Assembly: GCA_958295745.1 (NCBI GenBank)
Contig: OY282370.1
Location: 2,441,058 to 2,505,057 of the forward strand
DNA length: 64,000 nucleotides
Source: an uncultured Acidimicrobiia bacterium
Lineage (GTDB): Bacteria > Actinomycetota > Acidimicrobiia > Spongiisociales > Spongiisociaceae
Direction: 5' to 3'
Shown here: piece by piece, positions 18,745 through 28,280 of the stretch
Numbering within the stretch: the first letter of the stretch is position 1
Layout: every line of letters starts with the position of its first letter
Position numbers and translations under genes: made by a program
Notes under the pieces: model-generated
What the model saw: the letters and a program-made list of their open reading frames with translations, nothing else
Databases searched by the model: none
Told to the model about the DNA's origin: nothing

Positions 18745-19701
18745 GTGGCGCTGATCGCGACGCCGGAACAGAAGGAGCGGCTCAACGAGCAGGGTTTCTT
18801 CGTTATCGAGAGCTTGTTGTCACCCGAGGAGGTGGCTGTTGTCTCGTCCGCCATGGATGAGGTGGAGGAGCGGGTGCGCCGGGAGCGGAACATACCTCCC
18901 GAGCAGAACTTCGGCATGCGGAACGGGCTGGTGGAGCACCCTGCCATCCTCGACCTGCTCGACCGCCCCGACATACTGAGCTACATCGTGGATGTGTTCG
19001 GGTGGAACATCCAGAACCGGGACAGCGTGCTGTTGGCCACCGACGCCAATCCCGGCGGCGACCCTGCGAAGCTGTCCCTGGGGTGGCACTTCGACTACGA
19101 GGAGGAGTTCGCCGGGGCCGCGGGGGGCGGCCCGATGCCGTGGATCGACTTCAAGGTGGGCTGGTACCTGTCGGATCTCACCGAACCCGGCCACGCCACC
19201 ATCCTGCTGGTGCCGGGCAGCCACCGCTGGGACGACGCCCGCCGGGCCAACTGGCAGAACGAGATCGACCTCGACCAGATATTCGAGCTGAGGGTGCCGC
19301 CCGGGAGCGCCATGCTGTGGCGGCCCACCCTGCTGCACGCCGTCACGCCCAACCTGTCGAGCACCAAGCGCAAGGCGATCTACGTCAGCTACACGCCCCG
19401 CTGGGTCAGGCCGACCGGACACATCGACCACGATCCGGACCTGCTGGCCGAGAGCAGCCCGATCCGCCGGCAGCTGCTGGGGGCGATGGGGGATCTCTCC
19501 AACCCGATGGGTTCAGACCCCAGGAACAACCCCGAATGCCAGTACTGGTTCACCCAGAACTGGGACAGCGTGCCGCTCCGGCGGTGGGCGGAGGAGCAGC
19601 ACGGGGGCCCTCCGTTCGACTGGGGAACCGGATACGGCGCCAGCACCTCCAAAGGGCCCGACTTCGTGTTCACCCAGGTGACCGATCCGAGGATGAACTG
19701 A
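18745..19701 (+). CDS. Phytanoyl-CoA dioxygenase (PhyH) family Fe(II)/2OG oxygenase
   Basis: GFFVIESLL, WHFD (HxD), VPGSH and LLHAVTPN..R motifs; AAGGAGG RBS. Confidence 0.9.
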   Translation: MALIATPEQKERLNEQGFFVIESLLSPEEVAVVSSAMDEVEERVRRERNIPPEQNFGMRNGLVEHPAILDLLDRPDILSYIVDVFGWNIQNRDSVLLATDANPGGDPAKLSLGWHFDYEEEFAGAAGGGPMPWIDFKVGWYLSDLTEPGHATILLVPGSHRWDDARRANWQNEIDLDQIFELRVPPGSAMLWRPTLLHAVTPNLSSTKRKAIYVSYTPRWVRPTGHIDHDPDLLAESSPIRRQLLGAMGDLSNPMGSDPRNNPECQYWFTQNWDSVPLRRWAEEQHGGPPFDWGTGYGASTSKGPDFVFTQVTDPRMN

Positions 19702-19765
19702 TGCCGCTCTTCCGGGCGCCCTTCTGCGGTGTCCGAGTCGGGTTGGCGCCCGGTGCGGCGGCTCG

Positions 19766-20170
19766 GTGATGACCGCCTCCCCGTGCCCGCCGCTGGCCGT
19801 CACCGACGCCGACGGGGTGGGCTTGACCACTCCCGAGCCCTATGTCCGCCATGTCGAGGTGTTGCTGTCGCCCCTGCTCCAGGGGGAAGGGCTGGGCGAC
19901 TTCGCGGTAGGGTCGTGCGAGGTGCCGCCCGGCCAACAGGGAAGCCTCCACAGCCATCCCGACACGGTGGAGGTGTGGATGTTCTACGAAGGCGAGGGGA
20001 GGGCGGTGGTCGGCGGCGAAGAGTTCGCCACCGGCCCCGGATCCGTGGTGTACACGCCGCCCGGCGCCGCCCACCAGTTCTTCAACACGGGCGCCGCCCC
20101 GGTGAAGCTGTTCTGGTTGTACAGCCCGGCGGGCGCCGAACGGGGCGTGATCGAAGCCGAGTTCATCTAG
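19766..20170 (+). CDS. Cupin-domain protein
   Basis: HSHPDTVEVWMFYEGEG and GSVVYTPPGAAHQF motifs. Confidence 0.85.
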   Translation: MMTASPCPPLAVTDADGVGLTTPEPYVRHVEVLLSPLLQGEGLGDFAVGSCEVPPGQQGSLHSHPDTVEVWMFYEGEGRAVVGGEEFATGPGSVVYTPPGAAHQFFNTGAAPVKLFWLYSPAGAERGVIEAEFI

Positions 20171-20237
20171 CCGGCTAGGTCTGATCATCTGACATTCGGG
20201 GCGGACGGCCCGGAGTTCGGGGGGGGGGTGCCGCGGT

Positions 20238-21290
20238 CTATATCGGCGCGGTCTGTATCGGGTCCAGGGCTCCGGAGCGCCACGCCTTCAGGTAGTTGGC
20301 GCAGAACTCGTCCCGGCCCAACAGGGCGGCCTCGGCGATCCGGTGGGGCTCCGACTCGCGGTCGGCGGCGAACACGGCGCCCGGCGGGTTCATCACCGGG
20401 TCGATGATGCCGCTGTCGGCCCCCGCCTCCACCGCTAGGTTGATGAACGCGGTGTTCATCAGGCGGCGGGCGGGCAGGCCGAACGAGACGTTGCTCAAAC
20501 CTCCGGTGATGTTGATGCCCGATCCGTAACGGCGCCGGAGCTCCCGGATGGCGTCCAGGGTATGCCGGACGAAGGCGCTGTCCACGGAGATGGGGAACAC
20601 CAGCGGATCGACGAATATGTCCCCCTCCCCGATGCCTTTGGAAAGGGCCGCTTCCACCATGCGGGAGGCGTTCTCGATCCGTTCCTCGGCGCCGGAGGGC
20701 ATACCGTCCGCACCGGAGGCGGTGACGATCACCTTCGCTCCGTGTTCGACGGCTAGGTCGAGGGCTTCGACCCGCTCCAGGGAGGCCGAGTTGAGCATAG
20801 GCTGCACCTCCCCGTCCGAGCACGCCTCCATGCCGCTTTCGATGACGGTGATGTCGGAGGAATCCACCGATATCGGGAGGTCGGAAACCGACCGGACGAA
20901 GCCGGCCAGCCACACCATCGCCGCCCGCTGCTCGTTCGTCCGCAGCGAGATCTCGTCCACGTTCACATCCAGGTAGTGGGCGCCGGCCTTCTCCTGTTCC
21001 AGCACCGCCCGCCGGAGGTACTCGCGCCCGATCTCGGCGCCGGGGCCGCCGCCCATCGCCGCCTCGACCGCCAAGGCGATGTGCTTGACCCGGCCCTCGT
21101 CGTAGGCCTTGCTCCTGCGCATCGTTTCGGACACCGCCAGCAGCCGGGGCGCCCCGTCCTCCGCCGTGAAGGGCACCCCCTCGACCCCGTTCTCGCTGGT
21201 GAAGCGCTTGCCCTTCTTGAGGACGATCCGGCTGGTGTGGACGTTCTCGCCGATCACGGTGAAGCGAGGCGCCGGCGCGGGCCGGTTCAT
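20238..21290 (-). CDS. Pterin-binding methyltetrahydrofolate:corrinoid methyltransferase (AcsE/MetH folate-domain-like)
   Basis: VIGENVH, YLDVNVD, ISVDSS, FVDPLVFPIS and GLSNVSFGLP motifs. Confidence 0.88.
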   Translation of the reverse strand: MNRPAPAPRFTVIGENVHTSRIVLKKGKRFTSENGVEGVPFTAEDGAPRLLAVSETMRRSKAYDEGRVKHIALAVEAAMGGGPGAEIGREYLRRAVLEQEKAGAHYLDVNVDEISLRTNEQRAAMVWLAGFVRSVSDLPISVDSSDITVIESGMEACSDGEVQPMLNSASLERVEALDLAVEHGAKVIVTASGADGMPSGAEERIENASRMVEAALSKGIGEGDIFVDPLVFPISVDSAFVRHTLDAIRELRRRYGSGINITGGLSNVSFGLPARRLMNTAFINLAVEAGADSGIIDPVMNPPGAVFAADRESEPHRIAEAALLGRDEFCANYLKAWRSGALDPIQTAPI

Positions 21291-22984
21291 GAAGACCCCA
21301 CCAGGACCGGCTGTGCGGCGGGTGCAGGCGGGAGGACGGAGGGCATCGGTTTGAGCTGGCAGCCCTCCACGAAGATATCGAAGAAGTCGGGGGTGGTTTC
21401 CAGCTCGATGTGGGTGATCCTCTTGGCTTCCTCCTCTGCCCGGCGCCGCCTCGATCTGTCCAGCAGCAGGGACCGGGCGCCGTCGATGGCGGCGTTGCCC
21501 ACCTTCACCACCCTCTCCTCCGGCACCGGGGCGATCAGGCCGATGTCCACGGCGTTGCGCACGTTCAGGTAGGTGGCGAAGCCGCCCGCCAGGTAGAGCC
21601 GCTCGATGTCCGCCGGCGACACCCCGGCCGTCCGCATCACGATCAGCTGGCCGCAGTAGTTGGCCGCCTTGGCCTGGGCGAGGTTTCCGGCGTCTTCCTT
21701 CGAGAAGGTGATGCCCCGCTCCGGGACCACGTCGATGGCGGCCAGCCTGCGGTCGGCGGTGAATATGCCCCGTTCGGTCATGATGTCGCGCCGGCGGAGC
21801 TCGGCCAGTAGGTCGGTGAGGCCGGAGCCGCATATCCCGGCGGCGGGGGCGCCGCCGATGGCGGCGTAGTCGGCCGCCGAGCCGTCCGCGGCCAGCCGGA
21901 TCGACTCGATCGCTCCGTCGTAGGCCCTCATGCCGTAGGTGACCAGCCCCCCCTCGAAGGCCGGACCCGCCGGGCAGGAGGCCGCGTACATCCGGCCTCG
22001 ATGGTGGAGCACCACCTCGGTGTTGGTGCCCATGTCGATCAGCATCTCGGTGCGTCCGGTCTTGCCGAGCCGCAGGGCGTCCAAGCAGGCCGCGGTGTCT
22101 GCGCCCACATGACCGGAGATGAGCGGGAGTCCGTACACCTTGGCGCGGCGGTTGGCCCGGATGCCGAGGGTGCGGGCGTCGGCCAGCAGGGCGGTGTGCC
22201 GCCGCCGTCCGGCCAGGTAGTCGTGTTCGATCAACGACTTGTAGGGCTTCTGGCCGATGCTCTGGACGCTCAACCCGAACAGGATGTCCCGCATGGTGGA
22301 GTTGGCCGCCACCACGATCTCGTACAGGCGGGAGGGGCGCTGTCCGAGGCCGGCGGTCATCTCGCGTATCCCCTGGTTGACGGCGGTCACCGCCGCATTA
22401 CGGAGCTCGCCCGCCACTCCCGGGCGGGCCTCGTAGGAGATGCGGTTCATCACGTCGCTGCCGCCGAACCCCTGAGGGTTCTCGAAGCTGCATACCGCCT
22501 CGCTGCGCCCTGTTTCGAGGTCTACCAGCTCCAGGACCACCGTGGTGGTGCCCAGGTCCACCGCCAGTCCGTAGACGGCGCCCCGGTAGCGGTCGACGAC
22601 GAGGTTGCCGTACCGCACCTCGCCCCCCGCCCGGGTGACCATCGGGTCGAGATCGACGGGCCGCCCGCCGCCCCCGTCCGGCGAGTTCCGGTTCGGCGCC
22701 AGGATCCTCGGACGTCTGCGCAGAGGTGCGAAGCCGATGGGTTGGCCGCCGTTCACTATCCGGGCCTGACAGGCCAGCCGAAAGCCGCCGCGCAGGAACC
22801 CTTCGGCCTCGGTGCGGGGGGTGAGGGAATCCATCCCGCGGGTTATCTCCACCACGCACTCGTGGCACTGGCCGGTCCGTCGGCAGGAGGTGGGTACCTC
22901 GACCGCCAGATCGTCTGCGTAGTCGAAGATGGTCCGGTCGATGACCAGCGGACGGGTCCGGCCGTTGTGGGAAACGGTGCTCAC
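21287..22984 (-). CDS. ATP-dependent reductive activator of corrinoid proteins (RACE/RACo/RamA, ASKHA) with N-terminal 2Fe-2S domain
   Basis: CRRTGQCHEC..RLACQ, DLGTTT, GSDVMNRI, DMGTNTE, PAGPAFEG, GICGSG, AGGF and GNAA motifs. Confidence 0.92.
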   Translation of the reverse strand: MSTVSHNGRTRPLVIDRTIFDYADDLAVEVPTSCRRTGQCHECVVEITRGMDSLTPRTEAEGFLRGGFRLACQARIVNGGQPIGFAPLRRRPRILAPNRNSPDGGGGRPVDLDPMVTRAGGEVRYGNLVVDRYRGAVYGLAVDLGTTTVVLELVDLETGRSEAVCSFENPQGFGGSDVMNRISYEARPGVAGELRNAAVTAVNQGIREMTAGLGQRPSRLYEIVVAANSTMRDILFGLSVQSIGQKPYKSLIEHDYLAGRRRHTALLADARTLGIRANRRAKVYGLPLISGHVGADTAACLDALRLGKTGRTEMLIDMGTNTEVVLHHRGRMYAASCPAGPAFEGGLVTYGMRAYDGAIESIRLAADGSAADYAAIGGAPAAGICGSGLTDLLAELRRRDIMTERGIFTADRRLAAIDVVPERGITFSKEDAGNLAQAKAANYCGQLIVMRTAGVSPADIERLYLAGGFATYLNVRNAVDIGLIAPVPEERVVKVGNAAIDGARSLLLDRSRRRRAEEEAKRITHIELETTPDFFDIFVEGCQLKPMPSVLPPAPAAQPVLVGSS

Positions 22985-23322
22985 CGTCCGGGCGCCTCCC
23001 CGTTGCCGCCCCGGCGGGTTTCCGCCTCGCGGCGGATGGCGGCGATCTTCTGTTGGACCCGGTCACGCGCCCTGGGATGGGTCTCCCAGGCGCTGCGGTA
23101 GTCGAAGGCGCCGTCGTGTCCGCAGGTGAGCCGGTCCTCCGTATCGTCCGGCGGCCTTATCTGGTTGCGGCACCGGAACAGGGCGGTGCATTGATCGAGC
23201 CGGTCCCGGTAGGGGCACCTGGTGCGGGATATCGCCTCGGCGCGGGTTGCCATGTCGGTGAAGATCTCGGCGATCCGGTCGAGCCGCTCCCGGTAGGCCT
23301 GCCCGTCGGCGTTGGCGTCCAT
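22981..23322 (-). CDS. Small Cys-containing hypothetical protein in the corrinoid operon
   Basis: CPYRDRLDQCTALFRCRNQ..C; overlaps the activator start. Confidence 0.75.
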   Translation of the reverse strand: MDANADGQAYRERLDRIAEIFTDMATRAEAISRTRCPYRDRLDQCTALFRCRNQIRPPDDTEDRLTCGHDGAFDYRSAWETHPRARDRVQQKIAAIRREAETRRGGNGEAPGR

Positions 23323-23330
23323 GCCGGTTC

Positions 23331-24083
23331 TCAGGTGCGGAGCTCGGCGGCCAGTTTCTTGGCGAGCTCCACGCAGGCGAGGGCGTCCTTGCCGTAGCCG
23401 TCGGCGCCTACCTCCTCGCCGAACTCGGGGGTTACCGGCGCTCCTCCGACCATGAACCTCACCTGGTCCCGGAGGCCGGCGTCTTTGAAGTGCTCGACGG
23501 TCCTGGCCATGTTCGGCATGGTGGTGGTGAGCAGGGCCGACATGCCGATCAGGTGGGCGTCGTTCTCCCTCACCGCTTCGAGGAACTCGTCGGGGGAGGT
23601 GTTGACCCCGAGGTCGATCGCCGTGAAGCCCCCGCCCCGCAGCATCATGATGCAGAGGTTCTTGCCGATGTCGTGGAGGTCTCCCTGCACGGTGCCCATG
23701 ATCACGGTGCCGATCGGCTCGACCCCGGAGGCGGCCAGGATCGGTTCGATGTGGGCCATACCGGCTTTCATCGCCCGGGCGCTGACCAGCACCTCAGGCA
23801 CGAACACGAACCCCTCCCGGAACTTGATGCCCACGATTCCCATACCGGCGATGAGGCCGTCGTCCATGATCTCGATGGCTTCCACCCCGTCGGCGAGCGC
23901 CTGGACGGTGAGCCGGTCGACCGTGATGTTGTCTCCTTCGATGAGCGCGGCGGCGATGTCCTGCATGGCGGGGGAGGCGCGGCTGAACAGCTCGATGTTG
24001 CGTTCGATCTCTTCGGGCCGGTCGAGGAACTCCTCGATCTCGGCGCGGACGGTTTCGTTGACTATGTCAGATAGTTGGGCCAT
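23331..24083 (-). CDS. Corrinoid (B12-binding) methyl-carrier protein
   Basis: Cap domain (FVPEVLVSARAM) plus GDLHDIGKN, SALLTTT and GGAP motifs. Confidence 0.93.
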   Translation of the reverse strand: MAQLSDIVNETVRAEIEEFLDRPEEIERNIELFSRASPAMQDIAAALIEGDNITVDRLTVQALADGVEAIEIMDDGLIAGMGIVGIKFREGFVFVPEVLVSARAMKAGMAHIEPILAASGVEPIGTVIMGTVQGDLHDIGKNLCIMMLRGGGFTAIDLGVNTSPDEFLEAVRENDAHLIGMSALLTTTMPNMARTVEHFKDAGLRDQVRFMVGGAPVTPEFGEEVGADGYGKDALACVELAKKLAAELRT

Positions 24084-24192
24084 CAGAAGGTCCTGTGTCG
24101 GGGTCTCTCTTGCTCTCCGAGCCGGGCTGGAAACCTTTCCAGCCGCTCAGCGTATACCGGACGGGCGCCGCGCCGCAAAGGTTCATTTCGGA

Positions 24193-25299
24193 TCAGGCTT
24201 CGCCGTTCTCGTCCGACGGGGAGGGCGGGGGGTCGTGGACGACCAGCCGTCCGTCGGGCCTGTGGGCGTTGGAGTAGTCGCGGGCCGAGTCGGCCAGCGC
24301 CTGCAGCACCTCCATCTTGGTGCCGAGCGGCACCGATCCTTCGGGGGCGACCCCGTCGACGCCTGCCTCGAGCACGTTCATGCATGCCTGATAGCAGTCG
24401 TCGTAGGTGCCGCTGAACAGGGTGGTGGGGTTGTTTATGTTCCCCATCAGCGACATGCGGCCGCCCGTGATCTCCTTGGCGACGTGTGGGTCTACCTGCG
24501 ACTCGAAATGGAAGCAGTCCCAGCCGGCCTCGGCGAAGTAGTCGATCCGGTCGGTGGTCTCGCCGCAGCAATGGAGGATGCTCGGCCCTCCCATCTCCTC
24601 GGTCACCTGCTGGTGCATCTCCAGGAGGAAGTCCCGGTAGGTCTGCGGGCTGACCAGCTCCCGGTTGGCGTGATCGGCCCACATCACCGCATCGGCGCCG
24701 GCCTCGAACTGGGCGTGCGCCGACATCATCGAAGCGGGCAGCAGCACCTCCAGATAGCGGCGGATCGCGTCGGGCTCGGTGATGGTCCCCATCAGGAAGT
24801 TCTCGATCCCCACCAGATGGAATCCGACCGACCATGGGCCGTATACCTTGCCGACGATGGCCACTTCCGGATAGCGTTTCCGCAGCAGCCTGATGGCGCC
24901 CAACACCGCCTCGAACGACGGACGTTTCAGATAATCGGACGGGATGCTGAAGTCCTCGGGATCGTGCAGAACATGGGCGCTGGTGGCCGGCCAGTTGTCG
25001 ACCGTGCCCCACCACGTGGCGGCGTCGAGGGCGTCCGCCTCGAGCTGGGAATGGAACACCGGCATCACCGTATCCAGACCCAGATCTTCGTGGGCGGTGG
25101 CGGCCAGCCGGGCCATCTGCTCCGCATCGAGGTGCGCCTCCGGGAAGTACGCATCGGCGATCTCCATCGCCTCCAAGGTGATCACCGAGCTGAGGGTCAT
25201 CGCCGGCACCTTGTCCACCCGCCCGCCGTAGAGGGCCGAGAGGAAACGGCGGCGGGGGGTCATCCACTCACCCGAGAGCCGTTTGAACTGTTCACCCAT
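24193..25299 (-). CDS. MtaA/CmuA-family methyltransferase (UroD-like fold)
   Basis: FPEAHLDAEQMARLA, GPWS, LHCCG (HxC Zn motif), MGNINN, and APEG in place of the usual xPGC. Confidence 0.85.
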   Translation of the reverse strand: MGEQFKRLSGEWMTPRRRFLSALYGGRVDKVPAMTLSSVITLEAMEIADAYFPEAHLDAEQMARLAATAHEDLGLDTVMPVFHSQLEADALDAATWWGTVDNWPATSAHVLHDPEDFSIPSDYLKRPSFEAVLGAIRLLRKRYPEVAIVGKVYGPWSVGFHLVGIENFLMGTITEPDAIRRYLEVLLPASMMSAHAQFEAGADAVMWADHANRELVSPQTYRDFLLEMHQQVTEEMGGPSILHCCGETTDRIDYFAEAGWDCFHFESQVDPHVAKEITGGRMSLMGNINNPTTLFSGTYDDCYQACMNVLEAGVDGVAPEGSVPLGTKMEVLQALADSARDYSNAHRPDGRLVVHDPPPSPSDENGEA

Positions 25300-25470
25300 G
25301 TGTCTCTCCTCGCCCTGGATGGGAGATTCCTGGAAACGTTACCACCAAGGATAACACGAAGGGCGGCAAGGGCGGCACGCGGCCCGAACCGCCGGCAGAA
25401 GGAGAAAGAGAGGGGAGGGAACCGAGTCGGCAAATCTCTTGGAACAAGGGGGTTGTCATCCCACACCGAT

Positions 25471-25488
25471 ACTATATAATTAGATAGT
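25471..25488. promoter_or_regulatory. Near-palindromic candidate operator ACTATATAATTAGATAGT upstream of the corrinoid operon
   Basis: 18-bp inverted repeat with one mismatched pair, in an AT-rich patch ~170 bp upstream of the MtaA-like start. Confidence 0.4.
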
Positions 25489-25585
25489 TGCTTTAGAACA
25501 ACGACAGATATCGTTGCCGATCCGGATGGCAGCGATCAACAGCCCGCTCACGGGGCTTCTGGAACTTTTCCGGCGGCAACCCACA

Positions 25586-25732
25586 GAGGCGGGCAAACTA
25601 GCCGAGCGGCCGAACGAGTCAGGTGCGCCCCGGGCCCACGCGCCCCGCACCGAGAAAGCGTGATTTGGCGGTGGTGGCGGGGGAGGGCTCCCGGCGAAGC
25701 CGGGGAGTGGGCGGCGGAAAGCGCGAAAAATG
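25586..25732. repeat. Dispersed GC-rich intergenic repeat, copy C
   Basis: Similar to the reverse complements of 11940-12090 and 1040-1115. Confidence 0.7.
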
Positions 25733-26203
25733 TTCGCGGTTTCATGGTCGAGCGGTTTCATGACTGGTCTTCCCCGAGGGGGTGTTCGTTGCCGGCCCGT
25801 ACCGCAACATCGACTGCACATCCGACGGGTTGAGTTCATGACCGGTCCTCGGGAGTGTTCGTTGCCGGGGTTTCTTCGGGTGGGCGGTGCAAGTTGGCAT
25901 GGGAACACAACCCCGATGACAGCGGGCGGGGACCGAAGGCAAGGGGAGATGCCGGGGCGGGTATGAACCTCCCTAACCCGAGCAGGCGCGAACTTTCTCG
26001 ACCCTGATCGTTCATGAAGTTCCGGTTTGGGATGGGCCGGGGTGCCGGGTTGCGGGTGTGGGCGTGCCGGGTCCGTCGGGTCTCTGCCGGGTGTTGCTTC
26101 CGACCGGGGGGAGACGCGCCGTTGCGGCCGATGATCCCCGGGTCATGAGGGCTGCTCGACGCTTGCGCCGCCCGCCCGACGCCCCGGCCATGAACGATCG
26201 TGG

Positions 26204-27496
26204 TTATCGGTCGGCCACCTCGATGATCAACTGGGACACCGCGTCAGTCGGTGCCTCTGCGAACGCCGCTCGGGAGGCATCCTCCAATATCCGGCGGTCC
26301 AGGAAGGTGCCCGCCCTCACCACCCGGCGCACTTCTGACAGGACGGTTATGTCCGAGGTGGGGTCGCCCTCGACCGCCAGCAAGTCGGCGGCCAGCCCCG
26401 CCCGGATCCGGCCGGTGACGCCGCCCAGCCCCAAGGCGTCCGCCGCCGAGGAGGTGGCCGTCGCCAGGGCTGCGCGGGGCGGCATCCCGGCGTCCACCAG
26501 CAGGGCGAGCTCGTCGTGGAGGGAGAACCCGGGCGCCAGGCCCGGCCAGGGTGTGTCCGAGCCGGCGATGATCCGGCAGCCCGACTCGAACAACCCGCCC
26601 AACGTTTCTTTCATGGCCACCACGCGGGCCTGCCGCGCCAGCCTCTCGGCGGTGTCGGAGGTGCGGTGCGGGAACCGCCGCCATGCCGCCCGGATGTCCG
26701 GGTGGACCCAGCGGGACCGCCGGTCGTTGGCGAAGACCGCGTCGTTGACCCGGCTCAGCCGGTCCCACACCACCAGGGTGGGGCACAGGACCACGCCGGA
26801 CTCCAGGAACGCCGCCGCCCATCGGGAGGTGCGACCGGGATCCGGGGGCCCTGCTCCCTCCACGTGGTGGACGCAGCCGGAGAGGTGCTCGATCTCCCCG
26901 ACCCCGGCCGCCGCCGCGGTCTCGGCGTCCACCGCCCCCAGATGGGCGATGACCGCCAGACCCAGCCCCCCGGCCCGCCGGACCGCCTCGGTGATCTGGT
27001 CTTCGGTCAGGTTCACGTACAGCTTGACGGCGTCCACCCCGGCCGCCGCCAGCTCCTCCACCGACCGGGCCACCTCGCGGGTGCCCAGGTGTCTCCGTCC
27101 GATGCTCGGCCAGTTGACCGCCTCCCCGTCCAGTACCGGTCCGCAGCACAGGATCCTCGGGCCAGAGGCCGGGTCGGCGGCGGTGCGGGCCCGGCGTTCC
27201 AGTATCCAGTCGAGCCGGTTGCCCGTGTCCCGCACGGTCGTCACCCCCGCCGCCAGGAAGCCGGGCAGCATCCAGTCGGCCAGATGCACGTGGCAGTCGA
27301 TCAGGCCGGGCAGCAGCGTGCATCCGTCCAATCTCGTCACGGCAACCCCGGCCGGTATCCCCGCCGCCGGACACACGCCGACGATCCGCTCTCCCTCTAC
27401 GAGGACGGCGCAGGACTCCAAGAGCCGCTCGCCGTCCCAGACCGCATCCGGGGCGAGCGCCCACACGGAGGGTTCCGATCCGGCGGCGTTTTCCAT
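26204..27496 (-). CDS. Metal-dependent amidohydrolase
   Basis: PGLIDCHVH, GVTTVRD, IEH, AGSD and G..ADLLAVEGDP motifs. Confidence 0.9.
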   Translation of the reverse strand: MENAAGSEPSVWALAPDAVWDGERLLESCAVLVEGERIVGVCPAAGIPAGVAVTRLDGCTLLPGLIDCHVHLADWMLPGFLAAGVTTVRDTGNRLDWILERRARTAADPASGPRILCCGPVLDGEAVNWPSIGRRHLGTREVARSVEELAAAGVDAVKLYVNLTEDQITEAVRRAGGLGLAVIAHLGAVDAETAAAAGVGEIEHLSGCVHHVEGAGPPDPGRTSRWAAAFLESGVVLCPTLVVWDRLSRVNDAVFANDRRSRWVHPDIRAAWRRFPHRTSDTAERLARQARVVAMKETLGGLFESGCRIIAGSDTPWPGLAPGFSLHDELALLVDAGMPPRAALATATSSAADALGLGGVTGRIRAGLAADLLAVEGDPTSDITVLSEVRRVVRAGTFLDRRILEDASRAAFAEAPTDAVSQLIIEVADR

Positions 27497-27503
27497 GGCC
27501 GCC

Positions 27504-28280
27504 TCAGTACATGATCGAGCCGCCGCTCACGTTGATCGTGGCGCCGTTGATGAAGCTCGAATGCCGGGAGGCCAGGAAGACGACCACCGCCGCCAGCTCC
27601 TCGGGTTGGCCCATCCGGCCCAGCGGACACATGTCGATCCCCTTCTGGACTATCTCGGGAGTGTTGTCGATGTGCTGCATGGGGGTGTCGATCTGGCCGG
27701 GAGCGATGGTGTTGACTAGGACGCCGTGCGGGCCGAAGGCCTTGGCGAAGCCGTAGGTCATCGACACCACGCCCGCCTTGGCGGCCACGTAGGCGTCGCT
27801 GCCCAGGAGCGGGCCCACCAGCCAGGCCGTGGAGGAGAAGTTGATGATGCGGCCCCCCTTGCCGCCGGCCGCCATGATGTTTCCCGCCGCCCGGTTGAGG
27901 AAGAACCCCGCCTTCAGGTTGATGTCCAGCTGGTGGTCCCAGTCGTCTTCGGTCACCTCGTCGAGATGCCGGCGGCGCAGGACGGCCGCCGGATTGGCCA
28001 GGGCCCACAGACCGCCGAACCGGGCGGCCACCCCCGACACGAGGTCCGGTATGGCTGCGATGTCGGCTAGGTCGAACGGGGCGGCGAGGTGCCGGTCCCG
28101 GTCGTCGAGCGCCGCCATCGTCTCCGACAGGCCGGCCTCGTTCCGGTCCACCGCCGCCACGCGGGCCCCCGCCGCGGCCATGGCGAGGGCCGAGGCCCTG
28201 CCCACCCCGCGGGCGGCGCCGGTCACGATCACCCCCCGCCCCTCCAACCCGGCGCCCAGGTTCCAGGCCGCCCCGCCCAT
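27504..28280 (-). CDS. SDR family oxidoreductase
   Basis: TGAARGVG and YVAAKAG motifs; close paralogue of 15841-16608. Confidence 0.9.
   Translation of the reverse strand: MGGAAWNLGAGLEGRGVIVTGAARGVGRASALAMAAAGARVAAVDRNEAGLSETMAALDDRDRHLAAPFDLADIAAIPDLVSGVAARFGGLWALANPAAVLRRRHLDEVTEDDWDHQLDINLKAGFFLNRAAGNIMAAGGKGGRIINFSSTAWLVGPLLGSDAYVAAKAGVVSMTYGFAKAFGPHGVLVNTIAPGQIDTPMQHIDNTPEIVQKGIDMCPLGRMGQPEELAAVVVFLASRHSSFINGATINVSGGSIMY

Noticed and set aside
25300-25730. Cobalamin or SAM riboswitch upstream of the corrinoid operon
   Set aside because: No B12-box recognised. The ggcaacc...ggtgc similarity is on the wrong strand and partly explained by the dispersed repeat.
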